NCBI GenBank assembly: GCA_040220235.1
Contig: JAVJTO010000135.1
Length of the DNA: 64,000 nucleotides
From: Coleofasciculus sp. B1-GNL1-01
GTDB lineage: Bacteria > Cyanobacteriota > Cyanobacteriia > Cyanobacteriales > Coleofasciculaceae
Reading direction: 5' to 3' (one strand)
A model generated the notes under the pieces. It saw only the letters and a program-made list of their open reading frames with translations, was not told the origin of the DNA and searched no databases. How positions within the stretch are numbered: position 1 is the first letter of the stretch; each line of letters starts with the position of its first letter. A program made the translations under genes and the position numbers. Positions 56,859 through 64,000 of this stretch are shown one piece after another.

Positions 56859-59309
56859 CTATTTATGACCAATAAATATATAAGTTGTCATTTCTCCCTT
56901 ACCTTTAATCGGAATTTGACCCCTCTGCTCAAATAAAAACTTGTCCTTACAGAGTTTGTATGTCGTTTCAGTCACCTGAATCTTGTCAGGAATGCCATGA
57001 GATTCCATGCGGCTAGCAGTATTGACCGCATCTCCCCACAAATCATAAATAAATTTCTTGGTGCCAATTACTCCAGCAATAACAGGACCACTATTGATCC
57101 CAATCCGCAGACAGAATTTTTCCTCCTGAAACTGGTTAAAGCGAGTAATGGCGATTTGCATATCTAATGCCATTTCGATCATGGCTTCAGCATGGTCTTT
57201 GCGAGAAGTAGGAATACCACTGGCGATCATATAAGCATCGCCAATTGTTTTAATCTTCTCTAACCCATGCTTTTCGGTTAATTGATCAAATCGGGAGAAT
57301 ATCTGATTTAATAAGAAAACCAATTGTGCGGGTGGCATCCGAGCCGAAATATCGGTAAAACCAACAATATCGGCAAATAAAATCGTCACATCGGCAAAGC
57401 GATCGGCAATGAGACAGGTTTCCTGTTTTAATCGCTCGGCAATGGGTTTGGGTAAAATATTCAACAATAAACGATCAGCTTTCTCCTGTTCCCAACGCAA
57501 TGCCTTCTCCGCTTGCTTGCGTTCAGTAATATCACGGACAAAGGCACAGTTGTATTCCTTGCCGTTAAATTCCAAATAACTAATTCGCACTTCTACGGGG
57601 ATACGTTTACCCGTTTTACTGCGATGATAAGATTCAAGACAGAGGGAACCACATTGTTGAATAATCTGCCAATGATCTGACCAACTCTGAGCTGTAAAAT
57701 TAGCATCAATTTCATGAATTTTCATCGACAGCAAATCATTCAGGGGATACCCCAGCAACCGACAAGCGGCATAATTGACATACAATAGCTTTCCATTTTG
57801 CCCAATCCAGAAAATTGCATCAGCCGCTCGATCAATTGAAAACTGCGTAAATCGTAATGCATCATTAACGGTTTCCAGTTGTTCATTCGCCGTTTCCAGT
57901 TGGGTTGTACGTTCAGCTAATGCTTGTTGAGCCAAATATTTTTCAGTGATATCATTAAACAACCAGAGGCGACCTTGAATATCTTGACCGTAAGTCGGCA
58001 AACTTGAGATACTCAGTACCACTGATTTGGGTTGACTAAATGTCCAGATCCAGTCGTGAATTTCGGCATCCGGTTGGGAAAAAAGCTGTGCCGCCTGTTT
58101 AGCAATCTCCTCCTGATTATCCGCGCTGCTGCGTAAGGTTGCCATCGCCTGGGCGATCGCACTCGGTTCCACGTCTCCCGGTTTTAATCCCAAAAGTTTT
58201 GCTCCGGCTGAATTTAGCCAACCTTGTCCGCCACTGATATCGACAAAGACGACGCCCTGAGGGATTTCTAATATGGCATTGTAGCGAGATTGGAGTTGTT
58301 CGAGGCGAAACGTAGTAGTTTGCAGACGTAGGAGGGTGTGAAGTTCTCCCAGCAGTAAATCTAGGAAATGACGCTGATAGGAGGGCAAATCAGTTTGGCG
58401 ATACCAGAGTAATAAGATAGCACCTTGCTCCTGTGTCGTTTGCTCCTTTCGCAGGGGGAGTATCGCTAGAGACTGTGTACCTTTAGCGACAAGCACAGGG
58501 GCTGCTTTGGGCGTCGCGGGATAATTCTCATAGAATAGGGTGCGGTTTTGGGTTAGGGCTTCAGCAAAGAGTTTCGGTGTTGTCAGTTTATCCGGTAGGG
58601 CTGTAGGTGGGAAACTGACAAGTGATTGAGCCGTTACCTGATCGAGTTGACGCAGTGCGATCGCGGCGTCGGCTAGGAATAACTCATACAACACGCCTGT
58701 AACCTGCTCAAGAAGCTGATCAGGAGTATTCGTATCTGATTGTGCGATCGCGGCGAGTACAGAACCTGCTGCTAATTTCCATTCAATCTCCAACAGGAAA
58801 CGACGCATCACCAAACCCGATGCGATCGCCAAACTCACTCCTATGAGCCAAGGGCATAAGTAGGCATACCGACTAACCAGCAGCCAGCCAACGATCAAAA
58901 TAAACCCGATTACAGACAGCGATCGGAGATTGGCATAGTTTTGAGTGTTGAGGGTGTGCCATGGCGCGTCTGAGTTTTGAATGTAGAGACGTGCCATGGC
59001 GCGTCTGAGTTTTGACCCTTCGCTTCGCTCATCGAGAACCGGGTTTTGAATTGATTCCCCATCTCCCTTGTCTCCTCGGCTTCTCGGCTCCTCTACTCCC
59101 TTATCTTGCCCCGTTTTTGTGGCGGTGAAGAGACTCAGAACCCAAGCAGGTAGAGGAAACAAAACGATGACAGTAAAGACAATCGATCCTAGACTCAGTG
59201 TCGAGATTCTGCTGGAATTAAGCGTATCTAGTCCAACCAGAATCAGCAATAGTCCGATTAAAAATCGCCTAAATGTAGGAAGCTGATTGGGATGAGCCAA
59301 GGACAACAA
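56859..59309 (-). CDS. Membrane-bound class III adenylate/guanylate cyclase with GAF-like and PAS domains
   Basis: ILFADIVGFT, KIKTIGDAYM, YDLWGDAVNTASRMES; PAS segment VNYAAC...VRDITERK. Confidence 0.93.
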   Translation of the reverse strand: MLSLAHPNQLPTFRRFLIGLLLILVGLDTLNSSRISTLSLGSIVFTVIVLFPLPAWVLSLFTATKTGQDKGVEEPRSRGDKGDGESIQNPVLDERSEGSKLRRAMARLYIQNSDAPWHTLNTQNYANLRSLSVIGFILIVGWLLVSRYAYLCPWLIGVSLAIASGLVMRRFLLEIEWKLAAGSVLAAIAQSDTNTPDQLLEQVTGVLYELFLADAAIALRQLDQVTAQSLVSFPPTALPDKLTTPKLFAEALTQNRTLFYENYPATPKAAPVLVAKGTQSLAILPLRKEQTTQEQGAILLLWYRQTDLPSYQRHFLDLLLGELHTLLRLQTTTFRLEQLQSRYNAILEIPQGVVFVDISGGQGWLNSAGAKLLGLKPGDVEPSAIAQAMATLRSSADNQEEIAKQAAQLFSQPDAEIHDWIWTFSQPKSVVLSISSLPTYGQDIQGRLWLFNDITEKYLAQQALAERTTQLETANEQLETVNDALRFTQFSIDRAADAIFWIGQNGKLLYVNYAACRLLGYPLNDLLSMKIHEIDANFTAQSWSDHWQIIQQCGSLCLESYHRSKTGKRIPVEVRISYLEFNGKEYNCAFVRDITERKQAEKALRWEQEKADRLLLNILPKPIAERLKQETCLIADRFADVTILFADIVGFTDISARMPPAQLVFLLNQIFSRFDQLTEKHGLEKIKTIGDAYMIASGIPTSRKDHAEAMIEMALDMQIAITRFNQFQEEKFCLRIGINSGPVIAGVIGTKKFIYDLWGDAVNTASRMESHGIPDKIQVTETTYKLCKDKFLFEQRGQIPIKGKGEMTTYIFIGHK

Positions 59310-59444
59310 TGAGCATTAACAATAAGTAAGTGAAGAAGAAGAATGTCGTTGACATAGAGTGTTTGTCATCAGAGCCAAAGCACTTCTAGCACAAAGGATG
59401 CCGACTACGAACTCCTGTTATCTCAACACCTTTTAAGTTAAGAA

Positions 59445-60239
59445 CTAAAGACAAGCCGCGATCGCTTGGGTTACTGTATCTGGCGCACTCAAGTGAGGTA
59501 AATGACCCCATGCCTTTATATTGACAAGCCGACTCTCAGGGATGTTATCTGACATATACTGACCCACTTCTGGAGGTACAGCAACATCATCACTCGATTG
59601 TAGAATCAGAGTTGGTACATTCAGGCGTGGTAACTCATCCCGGTGATCCGACTGGAATATAACTCGCGCAACAGCTTGAGCAATATCTGGACGAATAGCC
59701 GTCAGAGTATTCGCAAATTCTGTTGCCAGTTCCGGACGTTCAGGGTTTCCCATCACCATGGAGGCAAAACCACTCACCCAAGCATAGTAGTTCGCTGACA
59801 TCGCCCCATAGAGTGCATCTAGGTCAGACTGATCAAACCCACCCACATATCCCACATCGTTGAGATACCGAGGAGATGCACCGACAAAAACAAGCTGACT
59901 GAAGCATGAAGGATCGGTCAGCGCGGCTAACAAGCTAATCATACCACTGACTGAGTGACCGACCAAGATGGTGTTTGTAAGTTCTAACTCATGACAGATT
60001 TCCAGTAAATCCTCAGCATAGCTATAGAGACTACTGTAGCGGTGGGGACTGTAGGCAGAAAAATCGGATTTTCCGGCACCAACATGATCAAAAAGGACAA
60101 TCCGATAGTCAGAGGCGAAGGCGGCGACTTGATGACGCCAAGCGGTTTGATCTGAACCAAAGCCATGGGCGAAAATTATCGTCTGAGTGCCATTACCGAG
60201 GATGTTAATATGATTGCGTTCTAATACACTTGTGGTCAT
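59445..60239 (-). CDS. RsbQ/KAI2/D14-like alpha/beta hydrolase
   Basis: FAHGFGSDQTAW, GHSVSG (catalytic Ser), ASPRYLND, GHLPHLSAP. Confidence 0.92.
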   Translation of the reverse strand: MTTSVLERNHINILGNGTQTIIFAHGFGSDQTAWRHQVAAFASDYRIVLFDHVGAGKSDFSAYSPHRYSSLYSYAEDLLEICHELELTNTILVGHSVSGMISLLAALTDPSCFSQLVFVGASPRYLNDVGYVGGFDQSDLDALYGAMSANYYAWVSGFASMVMGNPERPELATEFANTLTAIRPDIAQAVARVIFQSDHRDELPRLNVPTLILQSSDDVAVPPEVGQYMSDNIPESRLVNIKAWGHLPHLSAPDTVTQAIAACL

Positions 60240-60430
60240 AAGCGGGGTTTTCTAATGTAGGGGCTGCTGAATGTCTTGTGGTGGGGAGAGGCAATAGGGA
60301 ATAGGCAATAGGCAACAGGAAATACCCAATTTCAATGCATGACAAAGGACGAGGAGATACTCAAATACCATGAGAGACGCGATTAATCGCGTCTCTCCCC
60401 TGAAAATCCTGCATATAAAATTTGTCTTTC

Positions 60431-60820
60431 TCAGACAGCGTGGAATGCGGCTAATATTTGTTTAGGTCTCAATGGAAACTTAAACCGTGAATGATTGGTA
60501 GATGCAACGGGTTGCGAGTCTGAAGCTTTCGCTTCTTTCTCCTCTAAACCATCCTCATGTAACTCAGAAACCGGAACTAACATAGAATCGTGAGAACGCA
60601 CCGCCATTTCGCCTTGTGCTAATGCCTCTCGCCACTGACGCCCAGTTTTCCATGCCTTAAACTTGGCAGCATTCCAACGCGGATTCACTGGATATCCGGC
60701 AAATCCACAACGCAACGCAGCATGGTTAGCACTCGGAATCAGGGTATTGACCCAAACATTATCGGTTAGATCGATTCGCATGAAGTTTGGCTCCTTGGAA
60801 ACTGTAGACATAAACTTCAC
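60431..60820 (-). CDS. Conserved cyanobacterial hypothetical protein
   Basis: LIPSANHAALRCGFAGYP.NPRWN..KFKAWKTGRQWR. Confidence 0.7.
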   Translation of the reverse strand: MKFMSTVSKEPNFMRIDLTDNVWVNTLIPSANHAALRCGFAGYPVNPRWNAAKFKAWKTGRQWREALAQGEMAVRSHDSMLVPVSELHEDGLEEKEAKASDSQPVASTNHSRFKFPLRPKQILAAFHAV

Positions 60821-61275
60821 CTCCCTATTGTTGTCAACCGCACAATTTTGTTGAGTATTATCAACTATTGTATTACGGATTGTTAAATAGCTACATCGCT
60901 TACTTGCGATTTACTTGTATTCACCTTCAACCGCAACATAGCCATTTCCGGAGAAAGGTGCGATCGCGCCCGAGTCCAGAAATTGACTAGAAAGCTTACC
61001 AGCAACCTTTCTCACAGGCGCTGAAACCTAAAGGGCTGGGGATTTTTCCCACCCACGCCATTACCCTTTAGCAATGTAAAGAAACCTTAAAGATTTGTCA
61101 AACGTCTTATTTATACAAGCGTCCCCTAATCTGGGGTGACTTTCAATCCTAAATTTTCTCTGCACCCAAACGCAGGCGATCGCACCTCTTTTCTGCGGCT
61201 ACCCTGCTGGGACGGACAAAGCTGGGAGGGACAAAAAAAGCGAGTCACTTCCCGATGCCCTTATACACCAGGGAG

Positions 61276-61357
61276 TGCGGATGGCGAGACTCGAACTCGC
61301 AAGGCTTACGCCACACGCCCCTCAAGCGTGCGTGTCTACCAATTCCACCACATCCGC
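61276..61357 (-). tRNA. trnL: tRNA-Leu(GAG)
   Basis: Reverse complement GCGGATGTGGTGGAATTGGTAGACACGCACGCTTGAGGGGCGTGTGGCGTAAGCCTTGCGAGTTCGAGTCTCGCCATCCGCA; long variable arm. Confidence 0.97.
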
Positions 61358-61515
61358 ATGGCTAACCTATTATATCAACTCTTTTGAGAAATTACGACTT
61401 CCCGACAATTTTATTGAAATCCCACCAAAGAACGTCGCTAATGATTCCTCAAGGATGCCACCAAAGGTGACAATCCCCTTTATCCTACTGAATACGGATA
61501 TAGCAGCGCTGTTTT

Positions 61516-62871
61516 ATGGACTTTGCCAAAATCTTAATTGCCAATCGTGGGGAAATTGCCCTGCGAATTCTCCGAACCTGTGAAGAAATGGGAATTGCCA
61601 CCGTTGCCGTTCACTCAACCATTGATCAACAAGCCCTCCATGTACAACTGGCGGATGAAGCTATATGCATCGGTGAAGCGCCCAGTAGCAAAAGTTACTT
61701 GAATATTCCCAACATTATTGCCGCCGCCCTGACGCGCAACGCCACCGCCATTCATCCCGGCTATGGTTTTTTGGCAGAAAATGCCCGATTTGCCGAAATT
61801 TGCGCCGATCATCAAATCTCTTTTATTGGTCCATCACCGGAAGCGATGCGGGCGATGGGAGATAAATCCACTGCCAAGGAAACCATGCAACGGGCAGGAG
61901 TACCCACCGTACCCGGAAGTGAGGGATTGTTGAGTAGTGAACGGGAAGCCATAACCCTTGCCAAAGACATCGGTTATCCGGTGATGATTAAAGCCACAGC
62001 AGGCGGTGGCGGACGAGGGATGCGTTTGGTTCCTGATGAGAGTGCCATGAGTCGCCTGTTTCAAGCCGCCCAAGGGGAAGCCGACGCCGCCTTTGGCAAC
62101 CCAGGACTTTATCTGGAAAAATTTATCGTCCGTCCCCGCCATATTGAGTTTCAAATTCTTGCCGATAGTTATGGTAACGTGATTCATCTGGGAGAACGAG
62201 ACTGTTCCATTCAACGGCGTCACCAGAAACTCTTAGAAGAAGCCCCCAGTCCCGCCTTGACCCCAGAACTGCGAGAAAAAATGGGAACGGCTGCTGTCAT
62301 GGCTGCCAAGTCGATTAATTACGTCGGGGCGGGTACGGTTGAGTTTCTTCTGGATGCCATGGGTAATTTTTACTTTATGGAAATGAATACCCGCATTCAA
62401 GTGGAACATCCTGTCACCGAGATGATCTCAGGATTGGACTTAATTGCCGAACAGATTCGGATTGCCCAAGGCGAACCCTTGAAACTGACTCAAGACCAAG
62501 TAAAGCTTAAGGGACATGCGATTGAATGTCGGATTAATGCCGAAGATCCTGATCGCAACTTCCGTCCTCAACCGGGGCGGATTAGTGGGTATCTGCCACC
62601 CGGAGGACCCGGCGTGCGGATGGATTCCCATGTGTATACCGATTATGAAATTCCCCCCTATTACGACTCATTAATCGGCAAGTTAATCGTATGGGCACCC
62701 AACCGCGATGCCGCAATTCGCCGCATGAAACGCGCCCTGCGCGAATGTGCGATTACTGGGGTTGCCACCACGCTGAGTTTCCACCAAAAAATCTTAGAAA
62801 CCCCAGCGTTTCTCAGTGGTGATGTTTATACGAATTTTGTTGAGCAAATGATGGCAACTGCCCAATCCTAA
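61516..62871 (+). CDS. accC: Acetyl-CoA carboxylase biotin carboxylase subunit
   Basis: [36 protein letters not shown]. Confidence 0.98.
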   Translation: MDFAKILIANRGEIALRILRTCEEMGIATVAVHSTIDQQALHVQLADEAICIGEAPSSKSYLNIPNIIAAALTRNATAIHPGYGFLAENARFAEICADHQISFIGPSPEAMRAMGDKSTAKETMQRAGVPTVPGSEGLLSSEREAITLAKDIGYPVMIKATAGGGGRGMRLVPDESAMSRLFQAAQGEADAAFGNPGLYLEKFIVRPRHIEFQILADSYGNVIHLGERDCSIQRRHQKLLEEAPSPALTPELREKMGTAAVMAAKSINYVGAGTVEFLLDAMGNFYFMEMNTRIQVEHPVTEMISGLDLIAEQIRIAQGEPLKLTQDQVKLKGHAIECRINAEDPDRNFRPQPGRISGYLPPGGPGVRMDSHVYTDYEIPPYYDSLIGKLIVWAPNRDAAIRRMKRALRECAITGVATTLSFHQKILETPAFLSGDVYTNFVEQMMATAQS

Positions 62872-62885
62872 AGTCGTCAGGACGG

Positions 62886-63170
62886 TCAATGCATCATGGT
62901 CAGTAATCCTTGCTGACCGACAAGAATCTCCCGCAGTAAGCTAACAATCCCAACCCAAATAATCGGCGTAATATCCACACCCCCAATGGGCGGCACCAGT
63001 TTGCGGGTTGGGACTAAAAAAGGTTCGGTAGGCAAAGCAACCAGATTAAAGGGGAAGCGGTTGAGATCGATCTGAGGATACCAGGTAAGGATAATCCGGA
63101 AGATGAATAGTAAGATAGCCAGTCCCAGTAAAGGGCTGAGAATCCATGTTGCCAGTGTCACAGTATTCAT
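62886..63170 (-). CDS. yggT: YggT family protein (second paralogue)
   Basis: FIFRIILTWYP...PTEPFL...PPIGGVDITPII. Confidence 0.9.
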   Translation of the reverse strand: MNTVTLATWILSPLLGLAILLFIFRIILTWYPQIDLNRFPFNLVALPTEPFLVPTRKLVPPIGGVDITPIIWVGIVSLLREILVGQQGLLTMMH

Positions 63171-63719
63171 GAGACAATTCCTAATTTCACAGAAAAGTAT
63201 GGAAATCAGTTAGCCAGTCTAACGCAAGACTGGGATGAACTACTATCAGGGATAGGGTAGGATATCCGTTCCTCCCAAGAGGGAGCGGACTCCAGGGTGA
63301 TTAACATTTGGGTCGAGAGAGCGATCGCGTCGCCACCGTCGATGAGCATCAAAGCATTGAAATACTTAAGTTCCTAGACATAAATTCTGTCCGCTGTAGG
63401 AAGAAATGTTAACCAGCCTCAAATTCTTACTGTTGCCTGTTGCCTGTTCCCTAATCTAAACAGCAAACTTTAAAGAAAGTCTATTTACTTATCTATAATT
63501 GAAGTCAGTATTCAGGTAAAAGTTAGGATGACAATTCAGTTTCAAACAACTGAGTTGTTAACTCTCGAATAACGGGTAAATATCTGCTAATGAAATTCTC
63601 CCAAGCGGCTTGCACTTTCTGTTTTAAGTCATCACTATCAATGACTTCATAATCAATGGGTTCAAGAATTATTTTTCTGTAAATAAACATCCATTTTTCC
63701 TTGAACTTAATTTCTTAAA

Positions 63720-64000
63720 TATAGCAGCCCTAAATAGGTCGCAACAGATATAATAGTAATAATACATCCCTAGGGAAAAGACACAAAATGAACATTATAG
63801 ATGAACTAGCTGATTTTATCAATCAGACAAAAGATCCCAAAGAAATTAAGAGGGCTTTGGCGGTGAAAATGATTTTGGAAGGAAAATCATATCGTGAAGT
63901 CAAAGAACTATTAAAAGTTTCTCACAGTTTTATAAGCCAATGGAAAAACCAAGCGCTTTTTCAGGGTGTGGAAAGTTTAAAACTTCAATATAAAGGCAGA
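63720..64000 (+). mobile_element. IS630-family element left end and transposase N-terminus (ATG 63788, runs off window)
   Basis: TA-TAGCAGCCCTAAAT end; MNIIDELADFINQTKDPKEIKRALAVKM...YREVKELLKVSHSFISQWK HTH. Confidence 0.82.

Noticed and set aside
61136..61583. ORFs 61136..61387 and 61275..61583
   Set aside because: They overlap tRNA-Leu on the opposite strand and are spurious.
63171..63700. psbX, often found upstream of this yggT paralogue
   Set aside because: I could not find a PsbX-like reading frame here.

Overview
A 64-kb chromosomal window from a filamentous cyanobacterium. The evidence is the dense HIP1 octamer GCGATCGC, STRR heptamer repeats, GTAG-type REP palindromes, and genes such as crtH, xisH/xisI and DUF1822/CHAT; a Coleofasciculus/Oscillatoriales-like host is an inference. 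Housekeeping genes (upp, crtH, purK, suhB, egtD, hisS, desC, lysC, accC, two yggT) are interleaved with accessory DNA. RNA genes read from the sequence are tRNA-Gly(TCC), tRNA-Leu(GAG), 6S RNA and the iron-stress sRNA IsaR1. Accessory content includes a C-protein-controlled restriction-modification system at the tRNA-Gly 3' end, a toxin-antitoxin-rich island with several pseudogenes, a TnpB-only IS605-family element, MITEs and an IS630 start. Best candidates for undescribed biology: (1) an eight-gene small-molecule cluster without PKS or NRPS (33.3-41.3 kb), combining a SxtT/SxtH-like Rieske oxygenase, a SxtX-like CmcI protein, a basic amino-acid decarboxylase, a flavin amine oxidase, a methyltransferase, a cupin, a sulfotransferase-like protein and DUF3326; (2) an XRE-HTH fused to a GHMP-kinase fold that seems to have lost its catalytic residues, facing a 61-aa peptide gene across a double palindrome; (3) a sigma factor/DUF1822/CHAT-protease-PstS module; (4) an RsbQ/KAI2-like hydrolase next to a PAS adenylate cyclase; (5) a TetR-recombinase-fold fusion with twin operators upstream of desC. 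All family assignments come from motif recognition by eye; no searches were run.
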